A stretch of DNA of 64,000 nucleotides from an uncultured Bacteroidales bacterium (GTDB lineage: Bacteria > Bacteroidota > Bacteroidia > Bacteroidales > WCHB1-69), in NCBI GenBank assembly GCA_900316305.1, contig ONCM01000002.1:37967-101966 (forward strand), read 5' to 3'. The position numbers were made by a program, and so were the translations under genes. Below the pieces are notes generated by a model. It did no database searches and was not told the origin of the DNA. It worked only from the letters and a program-made list of their open reading frames with translations. Positions 9,835-20,128 of the stretch are shown one piece after another (the stretch's first letter is position 1; the number at the start of each line of letters is the position of its first letter).

Positions 9835-9943
9835 TAAAAATTGAGAAAATAACCGTCTGCTGTTGATAAATTATGATAATTTGCCCGAACCGAAATTTTT
9901 GTATTTTTGCCCTTTTGGAAAATTACAAATAAAATATAAGATT

Positions 9944-11119
9944 ATGAAAAAACAGTTATCCCTGATTTCAGTGTTTCTCGTGTTTCTGGCCATGGGTTTC
10001 GGCGATGCCGCCAACCAGCTGGTGTCTGTGGTCAAAGATGCTTTCCAAGTGTCTTCGTTCACGGCTTCTTTTGTCGCATTTTGCGGGATGATCATGTTCG
10101 GCGTGCTGTCGGTGCCCACAGGCGTTTGGCAGTCCAAGATCGGCAAGAAGAAGATGCTCACCATCGGCCTGTGCCTCTTTCTATTGGGTGCGCTATTGCC
10201 GATTCTCGCCTTCAATTTCCCGATTATCTTGCTTGCGGTGCTGCTGATGGGCGCGGGCGCCACGATTTTGCAGGTGTCCGGCAATCCGCTGATCCGAGAC
10301 GTGTCGGACGAAGGTAAGTTCTCCAGCATGCTCTCCTTCGCCCAGTCGCTGAAGGCTATCGGCACGCTCTCCACCTCGCTGATCATCGCGCTCGTGGGTG
10401 TCTCGCTGGTGAATCATGCTTGGTTTAACCCTATTGTCAACGGTGAGCCTATCTATACCGGTTTCCGCATCCTTTTCCCGATTTTCGCTGTGTTGTTGCT
10501 TATTACGCTGGTAATGGTGATCGCTTTTGTGCCATCGAATGTCAGCAAGTCTGACGAAAAGCCGACCACCGTGGGCAATTGCATCCGTGCATTGGGGAAT
10601 CCTTTTATACTGATGATGTTCCTCGCCATATTCTTCTACTGCGGTGCGGAGGCCTCCATGTTCAACATGATTCCGAGAATTTTTGGTGAGAGTGTGAACA
10701 CGGTAGGAAATATCGTGTTGATTGCGTCGTTGTTCGTGGGTCGTTTCCTCGGCGGTGTCATCCTGCGCAACATGAGTGCCAAGAAGTTCCTTGGTGTCAC
10801 GGTTGCCATATCTATCCTCGGCAATCTGCTGATGTTTGTGCCCGACAATGCCTTCCTGTCGTGGACGGGTATCGCTTTGGTCGGTTTCGGTTTTGCCAAT
10901 ATCTTCCCGCTGGTGTTCTCCATTTGCGTGGATCACAAGCCGGAGATGTCGAATGAGATTTCGGGTCTGATGATGACGGCCATCGTGGGTGCAGCCTTCG
11001 TCCCGCTGCTTACGGGTGCCATGGCGGATGTGGCTGTCCGTCTGGCCTTCATCGTGCCGCTCGCCTGTTTGTGTTACCTGTGTTTTGTGACGGCACGCGT
11101 TTCGAAGAATGTAGAATGA
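9944..11119 (+). CDS. MFS transporter (sugar/H+ symporter-like, FucP-type)
   Basis: ATG at 9944 (MKKQLSLISVFLVF) lies downstream of a tatttttg box at 9902-9909. About 12 predicted TM helices. Adjacent to GH92. Confidence 0.8.
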   Translation: MKKQLSLISVFLVFLAMGFGDAANQLVSVVKDAFQVSSFTASFVAFCGMIMFGVLSVPTGVWQSKIGKKKMLTIGLCLFLLGALLPILAFNFPIILLAVLLMGAGATILQVSGNPLIRDVSDEGKFSSMLSFAQSLKAIGTLSTSLIIALVGVSLVNHAWFNPIVNGEPIYTGFRILFPIFAVLLLITLVMVIAFVPSNVSKSDEKPTTVGNCIRALGNPFILMMFLAIFFYCGAEASMFNMIPRIFGESVNTVGNIVLIASLFVGRFLGGVILRNMSAKKFLGVTVAISILGNLLMFVPDNAFLSWTGIALVGFGFANIFPLVFSICVDHKPEMSNEISGLMMTAIVGAAFVPLLTGAMADVAVRLAFIVPLACLCYLCFVTARVSKNVE

Positions 11120-11152
11120 AGAATGTAGAATTATGAATTATGAATTATGAAT
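11105..11152. repeat. heptamer tandem repeat (TAGAATG/AAGAATG/AATTATG) overlapping the 3' end of the MFS gene
   Basis: aagaatgtagaatgaagaatgtagaattatgaattatgaattatga. The last codons and the stop of the MFS gene lie inside it. Confidence 0.9.
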
Positions 11153-11163
11153 ATGGGGTCATT

Positions 11164-11191
11164 GTAGAGACGCAATGCATTGCATCTCTAC
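11164..11191. repeat. 28-bp palindrome family member (GTAGAGACGCAATGCATTGCATCTCTAC)
   Basis: One arm mismatch. Lies between the MFS and GH92 genes. Confidence 0.8.
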
Positions 11192-11235
11192 GATTCCCAT
11201 AATCGAAATATAACAATCAAAACCAACAATAAAAA

Positions 11236-14200
11236 ATGAGAAAAATAGCCACTCTTCTGGTTTTAATCCTGGCTGCTGCGATGACCTTCGCGCAGTCAGA
11301 ATATGTGAATCCCTTTGTGGGCACGGCCGAGCACGGGCACACCTATCCGGGTGCCATCCTGCCATTCGGCGCTATCCAGCTCAGTCCCGACACCCGTTTG
11401 GATGGCTGGGACGGCTGTTCTGCCTACCACTACAGCGACAAACGCATCTACGGTTTCTCGCACACCCACCTCAACGGCACCGGATGTTCCGACTACGGCG
11501 ACATCCTCGTCACCCCGTTCATGGGCGATCCTTCCGTCATCAACGAGAAATACGCTCTTGCCTTCTCACATAGCAATGAGACGGCGGAGCCGGGCTACTA
11601 TTCGGTGAAGTTTGACAACGGCATCCAGGCGGAGATGACCGTCACCAACTATGTGGGACTCCATCGTTACACCTTCCCGAAGGCTGGCAAACATGGCATT
11701 ATCGTGGATTTGCAGCATCGCGACAAGACTTTGGACAGCTATATGAAGATGAAAGCCAATGATTTGATCGGCTTCCGTCGGTCTGAAGCTTGGAACGATG
11801 ACCAGTATTGCGCCTTCTCCCTGAAGACCTCCGTTCCTGCAGAGTCCATCGTATATTACGTGGATGACAAACCGGTGAATCTCAAGGAGATAAAAGGTAC
11901 GAACTGCAAAGCGGTGCTCTACTTCGATGAAAGAGTGACCGAAGTGGTTGTGAAGGTGGCCATTTCCGCCGTGGATATGGACGGTGCCGTCAACAACCAG
12001 ACGGAGGTGCGCGATTTTAACTTTGACGCCGTCCGCAAGGCCGCCACACAAAAGTGGAACCGTGAATTGGGCAAGATTCGAGTGGAATCCCTTAACAAGG
12101 AAACCATGAGAATTTTCTATACGGCTCTGTATCATTGTTTTACTTCACCGTATCTCTATTCCGACTTGGATGGCCGCTATCGTGGTCAGGATCAGAAAAT
12201 CCACAAGACGGACAAAGAACACCAAATCTACACCGTTTTCTCTTTGTGGGACACCTATCGTGCCCTGCATCCGCTGTTGAATATCATTGACCAGAAGCGC
12301 AGTGCGGATTTCCTGTACACTTTCCTGAACCAGTACCGCCAGTCGGGATACCTGCCTATGTGGGAGCTCTCCTCGTACGAGACCTGGTGCATGATCGGTT
12401 ACCATGCCGTGCCCGTGATCTTGGATGCGTATGTGAAAGACATTCGTGATTACCCTGCCGATGAGATGCTCAAGGCGATGATTGCCACGGCGAACCTCAA
12501 AAAACTGGGTCGTCCCGAGTATGCGAAATATGGTTTCGTGCCGGGCGATATGGAAAACGAGTCTGTTTCGAAAACCCTCGAATACGCGTACGACGACTGG
12601 TGTATCGCCATGTTTGCGAAGGAAATGGGCGACAAGGAGGTCTATGAGGAGTATATTCAGCGTGCTCAGTCCTACAAAAACCTCCTGGATCCGAACGGCT
12701 TTATGCGCGGACGTATGAACGGTGGCTTTGTCACCCCCTTCAACCCCCGCGAGGTCAACAACTTCTATACGGAGGCCAACTGTTGGCAATATACCACGTA
12801 TGTGCCGCACGATTTCAACACCTACATGGATATTATGGGCGGCAAAGCGGACATGGATCGTTTCCTGGATCTGCTGTTCACCTCCTCGTCCGAAATGGCC
12901 GGTCGTTCACAGGCGGACATCACCGGTGTGATTGGTCAGTACGCCCACGGTAACGAACCGAGCCATCATGCCGCATACCTCTACAATTTTGTGGGTCATC
13001 CGGAAAAGACCCAAAGAATGGTGCGCAAGATTATGGAAGGTCTCTATAGTTCCAAACCTGACGGCCTTTGTGGTAATGAGGATTGCGGTCAGATGTCAGC
13101 GTGGTATGTTTTCAGTTCGCTGGGGTTCTATCCGGTTTGTCCCGGAAGTAACCAGTACGTCATCGGATATCCTATGTTCAGAAAAGCCTCTGTGCAGTTG
13201 GCGAACGGCAAGTCGTTCGATATTGTTAAAGATAGCGAAAAGCCTTATATTCAATATGCTACCCTTAACGGAAAGCCGTTGATGCGTTCGTATATCACGT
13301 ACGAGGAGATTGCCGAAGGTGGCTTGCTGTCGTTCACGATGGGTGACAAGCCGAGTGAGACGTGGGGTAGGGGGAAGGGCTCTCTGCCGGAGATGAGAAT
13401 TGACGCGTACATGAGTATTGTCCCGGTGCCGGTTTTCTCCACCGACAAGGTCTCCTTCCAGGATCAGATCCGCGTGGCGATTCGAGTTCCTGAGGTCGCC
13501 TCGATGGATCAGCGTGCCCGTCGGGTTCCCATGGATTCTTCCAAGGATGATGTGAAGAAAAAAGTGACTGACGGAGCGCAAGGCTCGCCAACCCAGAGAA
13601 ATCGTCTCGTTGCGGCAGACCCGGTGAATGCCCATTACGAAATCTATTACACAACGGACGGTCGCGAGCCGTCACCTAAGACCGGAATCCGTTACACGGG
13701 ACCTGTTTTGGTGGATAAGGATATGACTATCAAGGCGGTGGCTGTCGATGCCAAAGGCAGGACGAGCAAGGTCGCGGAATCCCACTATGTACGCTATACC
13801 CGCGACAAGGACATTACCTACGTCACGGAGCCGAATCCGCAATACTACGCTGGTGGCGATGCGGGTCTGATCGACAACCTGCGCGGCAAGGTCAACTACC
13901 GTATCGGCGGCTGGCAGGGCTTCACCACCGACTGCGAGCTGATCCTCGACCTGCGCGAAAGCAAGCCGATCACCACCGTGGGTGTAGGCTGTCTCGAAGA
14001 GCAGCGTGCCTGGATTTTCTATCCTAAGGGAGTGGAGGTCTATGTCTCCACCGACGGCAAGGATTACAAGCTGTTTGCTAAAAAGGATCTGACCGTACCG
14101 AGAACCGAGGGCGCGCACATCCAGAATGTGGAGGTGAAAGGCAACGCCAACGCCCGCTACGTGAAGATTGTCGTCAAGAACTACGGCAAGTTGCCCGAAT

Positions 14201-14259
14201 GGCACCTTAGTGCCGGCGAACAGTCGTGGCTGTTTGTGGATGAGGTGTGGGTGAAGTAG
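11236..14259 (+). CDS. GH92 family alpha-mannosidase with C-terminal extension (discoidin/F5-8 type C-like)
   Basis: Signal peptide, then YVNPFVGTAEHGHTYPGAILPFGAIQLSPDT and GFSHTHLNGTGC, which are hallmark GH92 motifs. About 250 extra C-terminal residues end in WLFVDEVWVK. Confidence 0.9.
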   Translation: MRKIATLLVLILAAAMTFAQSEYVNPFVGTAEHGHTYPGAILPFGAIQLSPDTRLDGWDGCSAYHYSDKRIYGFSHTHLNGTGCSDYGDILVTPFMGDPSVINEKYALAFSHSNETAEPGYYSVKFDNGIQAEMTVTNYVGLHRYTFPKAGKHGIIVDLQHRDKTLDSYMKMKANDLIGFRRSEAWNDDQYCAFSLKTSVPAESIVYYVDDKPVNLKEIKGTNCKAVLYFDERVTEVVVKVAISAVDMDGAVNNQTEVRDFNFDAVRKAATQKWNRELGKIRVESLNKETMRIFYTALYHCFTSPYLYSDLDGRYRGQDQKIHKTDKEHQIYTVFSLWDTYRALHPLLNIIDQKRSADFLYTFLNQYRQSGYLPMWELSSYETWCMIGYHAVPVILDAYVKDIRDYPADEMLKAMIATANLKKLGRPEYAKYGFVPGDMENESVSKTLEYAYDDWCIAMFAKEMGDKEVYEEYIQRAQSYKNLLDPNGFMRGRMNGGFVTPFNPREVNNFYTEANCWQYTTYVPHDFNTYMDIMGGKADMDRFLDLLFTSSSEMAGRSQADITGVIGQYAHGNEPSHHAAYLYNFVGHPEKTQRMVRKIMEGLYSSKPDGLCGNEDCGQMSAWYVFSSLGFYPVCPGSNQYVIGYPMFRKASVQLANGKSFDIVKDSEKPYIQYATLNGKPLMRSYITYEEIAEGGLLSFTMGDKPSETWGRGKGSLPEMRIDAYMSIVPVPVFSTDKVSFQDQIRVAIRVPEVASMDQRARRVPMDSSKDDVKKKVTDGAQGSPTQRNRLVAADPVNAHYEIYYTTDGREPSPKTGIRYTGPVLVDKDMTIKAVAVDAKGRTSKVAESHYVRYTRDKDITYVTEPNPQYYAGGDAGLIDNLRGKVNYRIGGWQGFTTDCELILDLRESKPITTVGVGCLEEQRAWIFYPKGVEVYVSTDGKDYKLFAKKDLTVPRTEGAHIQNVEVKGNANARYVKIVVKNYGKLPEWHLSAGEQSWLFVDEVWVK

Positions 14260-14292
14260 TTAGCAGTTAGTAGTTAGTAGTTGGTAGTTATA
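14257..14292. repeat. TTAGCAG/TTAGTAG heptamer repeat beginning at the stop codon
   Basis: tagttagcagttagtagttagtagttggtagttatagg. Confidence 0.9.
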
Positions 14293-14324
14293 GGGGAGTC
14301 GTTGTGGCTCCCCTTTGTTGTTTT
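14293..14324 (+). terminator. rho-independent terminator of GH92
   Basis: GGGGAGtcgttgtgGCTCCCC followed by tttgttgtttt. Confidence 0.75.
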
Positions 14325-14569
14325 AAACGATGAAGGGGCGATGAAAGACGATGAAATTTTGCGTTTCTACACCATAATCTTAACACAAAACCTTGTTGTT
14401 GATATCCATTGTTAATAATTTGTTGATAAGATTCGGCCGTTTTGGATGGAACATCCTTGACGGCCGTATTTATATTTGTTATTTTTGCAGCGATAATTAT
14501 TGAATCGTCCTAAAAAAGCGTTACAATAAATTAGATTTCAAATGAATACGATCATAAAAGAACAAGATT

Positions 14570-15687
14570 ATGAAAAAGATTTCCTCTTTAATCGCAATCC
14601 TCCTGCTTTGCGCGGTCAGTCTTTTCGCACAGGCACCGGAGAAGTTTACATATCAGGCTGTGGTACGTAACGCCAACAACAGTCTGGTGGCCAATGCCCA
14701 GGTGGGTATGCGCGTGAGCATCCTGCAAGGGAGCGCTAACGGCAGCGCAGTGTATGTGGAGACCCAAACGGGTACCACGAACACTAATGGTCTGTTAACC
14801 GTGGAGATCGGTGGCGGAAATGCGCAGCAGGGCACTTTCGCTAGCATCGACTGGGCGAACGGTCCCTTCTTCCTGAAGACAGAGACTGACCCGGATGGTG
14901 GCGCGAACTATTCCATTACCAGCACCCAACAAATGTTGAGCGTGCCTATGCCACCAACAGCATGGGTACCGCTTACGGTAGCGAGGAGAGCTTCACTACT
15001 ACTGCTGCATTGCCTCAAGACGGCCAACCGTGTGTTGGCGCTGCAACTGTGACCGACTACGACGGTCATACTTACAACACTGTGCAACTAGGTTCGCAAT
15101 GCTGGATGGCGGAGAACTTGCGCACCTCGCACTATTCTGATGGCACAGCTATTCCTACGGGAGACGGTTGGTCATCAACAGAGCCGTTTTATTATACACT
15201 TGAAGATTCCCTCGAACATGGTTATCTCTATAACTGGAGGGCAGTGATGCACAATTCCAGCAGTAGTCAAGCCACCCCCAGCGGTGTACAAGGAGTGTGC
15301 CCCACAGGTTGGCATGTGCCGAGTGATGCGGAGTGGACGGAGCTGGAAACATATGTGGGTAACCAGAGCCAATATTTATGCAACAATGACTCTTCCTATA
15401 TCGCAAAAGCATTGTCGGCCACTTCTGGCTGGATACCTTACAGTGAAACATGTGCTGTAGGAAACGACCAAAGTACCAACAACTCAACTGGTTTCGGCGC
15501 GTTCCCCGTTGACGAATACCCCAACTTAAGTTACGCCCTTCCTGGCACCTTCGCTCGCTTTTGGAGCTCTACGGAGTACGTTGATGGTACAGCCAGGTAC
15601 CTCTCCCTGCACTACAATGCTGCCTACGTTAGCCGATCCGCCACCATCAAGTATTATGGTTGTTCCGTCCGTTGCCTCCGCGACTAA
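14570..15687 (+). pseudogene. FISUMP-domain (Fibrobacter succinogenes major paralogous domain, TIGR02145-type) lipoprotein, interrupted by a 1-nt frameshift near 14946
   Basis: ORF 14570-15052 carries the signal peptide and N-domain ending ...TSTQQMLSVP. ORF 14962-15687 carries QCWMAENL...GYLYNW...CPTGWHVPSDAEW...VRCLRD. Adding one base after gtgcc (about 14946) restores the family motif SVPYA and joins both ORFs. Confidence 0.7.
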
Positions 15688-16042
15688 TCAATGTGAAATG
15701 TAGAATGTAGAATAATGGGCGTGGCCGGTGGGGCGTGCCCGTTTTTCGTTTCCTCTCTCCCTTGCGTGTCCGAGATTCTGTTTGGCCAGAAAAGGAAGAC
15801 TATAACTCGCCAGAGCTGTCATTAACACAACCGCCAGAATGCAACTCGCGAGGGCAAATGCGCCAAACGGAACCCCGTGCACGCAAGAGCGGTATACTAC
15901 GGGGACGGCCTTCCGCAGGAACTATTGATATGTTGAGGCGAATGATTATTCGCTCCTACGGTTCTGTCAACGTTTCATCGTTTCCTCTCATCATCTTATT
16001 CTCTCATCCTCACAATTTCTCCCGCTATATCCAAAAAATTCG

Positions 16043-16050
16043 TACTTTTG
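16043..16050 (+). promoter_or_regulatory. -7 box TACTTTTG upstream of thrS
   Basis: cgtacttttgcc lies 36 nt before ATG 16086. Confidence 0.55.
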
Positions 16051-16085
16051 CCGACTTGTTTTGAAAATGGATAAAAAGTATTGAT

Positions 16086-18023
16086 ATGATCAACATTACA
16101 CTGCCTGACGGCTCTATCAAACAAATGGAAAAGGGCTGCACCCCTTACGAGGTGGCGCAGGCCATAAGCGAAGGTTTGGCCCGTAACGTGCTGGTGGCCA
16201 AAGTGAACGACCAGCTGGTGGAACTCGATAAACCCATCAACGAGGACGCCACCCTCACCCTCTACACGTGGAACGATCGCGAAGGTAAGGATACCTTCTG
16301 GCACAGCTCCGCACACCTCATGGCCGCCGCCATCGAGTCGCTGTACCCGGGCGTGAAGTTCGGCATCGGACCTCACATCGAGACCGGTTTCTACTACGAC
16401 ATTGACTTCATGGACTACTCCATCTCTTCCGACGATTTCCCGAAAATCGAGGAGAAGATGAAAGAGTTAGCCTCCCAGAAGATCCAGTTCGTGCGTCGCG
16501 AGGTGCCTAAAGCTGAGGCTCTTGACTACTTCACCAAGAAGGGCGACGAGTACAAGCTGGAACTCATTGACGGTCTCGAAGACGGACAAATCTCCTTCTA
16601 CGAGAGCGGTCCGTTCACCGACCTCTGTCGTGGTCCGCACTTGCATGACACTTCCGCCATCAAGGCCATCAAGCTGCTGAAAACGGCTGGTGCCTATTGG
16701 CGCGGCGACGAGAAACGCAAACAGCTGACCCGTATCTACGCTGTCACCTTCCCGAAGAAGAAAGAACTCGACGAATATTTGGCTCTCCTCGAAGAGGCAG
16801 CTAAACGCGACCACCGCAAACTGGGTCGTGAACTGGAATTGTTCACCTTCTCCCCGCTCGTGGGTCAGGGTCTGCCGTTGTGGTTGCCGAAGGGCGCCGC
16901 TCTGCGCGACCGCCTCGAACAGTTCCTTCGCAAAGTGCAGAAAAAGTATGGTTACCAGCAGGTTATCACCCCGCATATCGGTAACGTCAACCTCTATAAG
17001 ACTTCCGGTCACTATGCCAAATATGGTGCGGACTCCTTCCGTCCGATCACCACACCGCAAGAGGGCGAGGAGTTCTTCCTCAAACCGATGAACTGTCCTC
17101 ACCACTGCCAGATTTACGCCGCCCGTCCGCGCTCGTACAAGGAATTGCCTCTCCGTCTCGCGGAGTTCGGCACCGTCTATCGTTACGAACAGAGCGGTGA
17201 ACTGCACGGTTTGACCAGGGTGAGAGGATTTACGCAGGACGATGCGCACCTTTACTGCACCGCCGATCAAATCAAGGAGGAGTTCTGCAAGGTCATCGAC
17301 ATCATCCTCTACATCTTCAAGACCCTGAAGTTCGAGAACTACAAGGCACAGGTCTCTTTGCGCGACCCCAACAACAAGGAAAAGTACATCGGTACGGACG
17401 AAAACTGGGAGAAGGCGCAACGTGCTATTATCGAGGCTGCTGCCGAGAAGGGTTTGAACACCATCGAGGTGGAGGGCGAGGCTGCATTCTACGGTCCGAA
17501 GCTCGACTTCATGGTGAAGGACGCTATCGGTCGTGAGTGGCAGCTCGGTACGGTCCAAGTCGATTACAACTTGCCTGAGCGTTTCGGTCTGGAATACACC
17601 GACGCCGACGGTCAGAAGAAGCGTCCGGTGATGATTCACCGCGCTCCGTTCGGCTCTATGGAGCGTTTCGTGGCCGTGCTGTTGGAGCATACCGGCGGCA
17701 ACTTCCCGTTGTGGCTCACCTCCGACCAGGTCGTCATCCTGCCCATCAGCGAGAAGTACATGGATTACGCCCGCAAGGTGCAGGCCGCGTTGGACGAGCA
17801 GGACATCCGCTGCTACATCGACGAGCGCAGCGAGAAGACCGGCCGCAAGATCCGCGATGCCGAAACCGCCAAGGTGCCCTACATGGTCATCGTGGGTGAG
17901 AATGAGGAGAAGGACGGCACCGTTTCCGTCCGTCGCCACGGCAACATCAACGACGGCACCATGCCGCTGCAAGGCTTTGTCGATCTGATTAGAAAGGCGA
18001 TTGCCGAAGAATTGCAGAATTAA
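16086..18023 (+). CDS. thrS: threonine--tRNA ligase
   Basis: 645 aa. TGS-type N-terminus [10 protein letters not shown], editing-domain HSSAHLM, class II core ([11 protein letters not shown]) and anticodon-binding C-terminus. Confidence 0.95.
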   Translation: MINITLPDGSIKQMEKGCTPYEVAQAISEGLARNVLVAKVNDQLVELDKPINEDATLTLYTWNDREGKDTFWHSSAHLMAAAIESLYPGVKFGIGPHIETGFYYDIDFMDYSISSDDFPKIEEKMKELASQKIQFVRREVPKAEALDYFTKKGDEYKLELIDGLEDGQISFYESGPFTDLCRGPHLHDTSAIKAIKLLKTAGAYWRGDEKRKQLTRIYAVTFPKKKELDEYLALLEEAAKRDHRKLGRELELFTFSPLVGQGLPLWLPKGAALRDRLEQFLRKVQKKYGYQQVITPHIGNVNLYKTSGHYAKYGADSFRPITTPQEGEEFFLKPMNCPHHCQIYAARPRSYKELPLRLAEFGTVYRYEQSGELHGLTRVRGFTQDDAHLYCTADQIKEEFCKVIDIILYIFKTLKFENYKAQVSLRDPNNKEKYIGTDENWEKAQRAIIEAAAEKGLNTIEVEGEAAFYGPKLDFMVKDAIGREWQLGTVQVDYNLPERFGLEYTDADGQKKRPVMIHRAPFGSMERFVAVLLEHTGGNFPLWLTSDQVVILPISEKYMDYARKVQAALDEQDIRCYIDERSEKTGRKIRDAETAKVPYMVIVGENEEKDGTVSVRRHGNINDGTMPLQGFVDLIRKAIAEELQN

Positions 18024-18031
18024 TCACGATC

Positions 18032-18059
18032 GTAGGGGCGAATAATCATTCGCCCCTAC
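18032..18059. repeat. 28-bp palindrome family member (GTAGGGGCGAATAATCATTCGCCCCTAC)
   Basis: Lies 9 nt after the thrS stop. A degenerate related copy is at 15935-15959, upstream of thrS. Confidence 0.8.
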
Positions 18060-18168
18060 AACGATTACCACAGGGAGTCCGTCTCAAAAGCACGGATTCC
18101 CTTTTTTTATTTCATGATGTATTGTATAAAAATGTATTTTTGCCGTTGTATTTTTTAAGATTATCATC

Positions 18169-19026
18169 ATGAAGAAAACCCTTTTCGCAGTTGGAATTCT
18201 TTGCGGGCTGACGCTGATGCTCGCCGGTTGCAAGACTAAAATCGACACGCAGGCGCTGAACGCCCTCACCTCGTTGTCGCAGATCACTCCCGCCGACATC
18301 AAGACGCGGACGATCACCATCGCAGACTCTGTGATGCAAGACAATATTCCGGGTAAGTTTACCCTGGAAGTCGATTTTCCGGAATCTGGTAACTTCTTTG
18401 TAATTAACAATGTGAGAGAGTGGATGTCGGAGCAGATGGGCGGCACCTACGAAGGCAGTATGGAGAATGGTGCCAAGATGTTCGACTACTACAAGACTTC
18501 CGTGCTGCAAGATTTTCAGCAGAATGTCATCCCTGATATGCCTAAAATCAAGGATATTTCTTGTTATAAGGATGTGAAAATCGCGAAAATCTGTGAAACG
18601 GACCGCTACGTGACCTATCTTTACACGCAAGAAGGTTATGCAGGCGGTGCGCATGGTTGGTTCGTGTCGGAGGGACAGACGTTCCGCAAGTCGGACGGTC
18701 GCCGCATCGACTACGACATCTTCCGTGAGGAGTCGAAGGATGAGCTAACGGAGCTGGTCAAAGACAATATCTTCTCGCAATATTTCGAGTCGAATGCCAA
18801 GGAGATGGAGAACCTGCTGACGATGGAAAATAACGACTTCTTCCCGCTGCCGCAAGCTGCGCCCATCTTCCGCGAGGACGGCGTGGAATTTGTCTATCAA
18901 CAGTACGAGATTGCCTGCTACGCCGCCGGAATGCCCTCCTGCGTGATCACCTACGACCTTATCGAGCCTTTCTTGACTCAAGCCGGCAGATGGTTGGTGA
19001 ATGCGGGGCACGTGGCCGAGAATTAA
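18169..19026 (+). CDS. DUF3298/DUF4163-type lipoprotein (RsiV/PdaC-like domain)
   Basis: Lipobox LTLMLAGC. EGYAGGAHGWFVSEGQTFRKSDGRRI is typical of DUF3298. A -7 box tatttttg lies at 18135-18142. Confidence 0.65.
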   Translation: MKKTLFAVGILCGLTLMLAGCKTKIDTQALNALTSLSQITPADIKTRTITIADSVMQDNIPGKFTLEVDFPESGNFFVINNVREWMSEQMGGTYEGSMENGAKMFDYYKTSVLQDFQQNVIPDMPKIKDISCYKDVKIAKICETDRYVTYLYTQEGYAGGAHGWFVSEGQTFRKSDGRRIDYDIFREESKDELTELVKDNIFSQYFESNAKEMENLLTMENNDFFPLPQAAPIFREDGVEFVYQQYEIACYAAGMPSCVITYDLIEPFLTQAGRWLVNAGHVAEN

Positions 19027-19085
19027 TTCAGAATTCAGAATTATGAATTATGAATGTAGAATGTAGAATGTAGAATGAAGAATAA
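19027..19085. repeat. heptamer tandem repeat (CAGAATT/AATTATG/TAGAATG) running into the next start codon
   Basis: ttcagaattcagaattatgaattatgaatgtagaatgtagaatgtagaATGaagaat. The ATG of 19075 is the ATG of the last unit. Confidence 0.9.
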
Positions 19086-19953
19086 ATTTTGGATATTGTC
19101 GTTGGTGGTGTCGTTGGTACTGGTGGTAGGTTCATGTCAAAGGGAGGAACCTGTGGAGGAGCCGGAGCAGCCGGTGAATCCTACGCCGGGAGGAAATGGT
19201 GACAACAGCGATACCACGACTGTCGTATTAACCACAGGAACGGTGATCCCCAATGCAGTCACCGATTTCGACGGTAACCAATACGATGCTGTGGTCATCG
19301 GTAACCAGGTGTGGATGGCAGAAAATCTGATCACCACTCATTATGCCAACGGGGAGGAAATTCCGTTGACAGAAGGATATGCCCTTTCTTTCTTCACCTC
19401 CACTGAACCATATCGATATGTTCCAGATGCAGGGACGGCAGATGTTGAGGTTTATGGCTATCTTTACAACTGGCCAGCGGTGATGAATGGAGCGTTTAGC
19501 AGCGATGCGAACCCCAGCGGTGTACAGGGGATTTGTCCGAATGGTTGGCATGTACCCAGTGACTCGGAATGGAAAGAATTCGCAGACACCATCAGTAGCC
19601 ATCCCGAATATGTGGTTGGTGATGACATCCGTTACATAGACAAAGCTATTGCTTCAACAACGCTTTGGAGGTCAAGTACATATCTCTATTCCGTGGGTAA
19701 CGACCAAAGCTTGAACAATGCCACGCATTTCGGGCTGTTGCCAGCAGGGTCGTTGCATGGCGGATCTCCCAGCGGATGTGGTTTGGGTGATTTCGCACTT
19801 GTGTGGAGTTGCACTGAGTACAAAGATAATCCGGAAAAGGTATGGCATCGTTATATCAACAATCAAAGTTCCAGGGCTTTCCACGTCGATGGCAAAGTCT
19901 CCAAAGATCATGGGTTGAGCGTCCGCTGTCTCCGCGACGAGGGTGCCCGTTGA
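19075..19953 (+). CDS. FISUMP-domain lipoprotein
   Basis: Lipobox VVGSC. NQVWMAENL, GYLYNWPAVM, CPNGWHVPSDSEW and VRCLRD motifs are shared with 14570-15687. Confidence 0.8.
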   Translation: MKNKFWILSLVVSLVLVVGSCQREEPVEEPEQPVNPTPGGNGDNSDTTTVVLTTGTVIPNAVTDFDGNQYDAVVIGNQVWMAENLITTHYANGEEIPLTEGYALSFFTSTEPYRYVPDAGTADVEVYGYLYNWPAVMNGAFSSDANPSGVQGICPNGWHVPSDSEWKEFADTISSHPEYVVGDDIRYIDKAIASTTLWRSSTYLYSVGNDQSLNNATHFGLLPAGSLHGGSPSGCGLGDFALVWSCTEYKDNPEKVWHRYINNQSSRAFHVDGKVSKDHGLSVRCLRDEGAR

Positions 19954-20083
19954 TGCGGTTACACGGTTAACGTGACGAACAAGCCACCATTATTCCGTTT
20001 GGCCACCCTGCTACGACGAATCAAAGCACATATCTCGTGGCCAAACGGAACCTAGAACTCGCAAGAGCACGATTACAACAAAA

Positions 20084-20116
20084 ATGGGGAACCCTCTCGG
20101 ATTCCCCATTTTTTAT
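20084..20116. terminator. bidirectional rho-independent terminator between convergent genes
   Basis: aaaaTGGGGAAccctctcggaTTCCCCAtttttt. Confidence 0.75.
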
Positions 20117-20128
20117 TCTTCAAACCTC

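Noticed and set aside
9863-9943. TTG start at 9863 for the MFS transporter; likewise extended starts at 7111, 26509, 37740, 44358, 46105, 51926, 52069 and 58694
   Set aside because: In each case a -7 promoter box or repeat element lies inside the extension. An internal ATG gives a proper N-terminus, either a signal peptide or a conserved family start.
15735-16064. 109-aa ORF in the thrS upstream region, and a possible T-box or leader
   Set aside because: There is no coding signature. The thrS -7 box lies at 16043, so most of this region is probably untranscribed spacer. I could not identify specifier or T-box motifs.
16467-17972. 501-aa minus-strand ORF inside thrS; similar long antisense ORFs at 1564-2547, 4568-5752, 8224-9033, 39755-40765, 46638-47435 and 56480-57967
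   Set aside because: All are antisense or shadow frames of confidently identified genes. Their composition is biased (G/V/A/R/H/L) and none has a recognisable domain.
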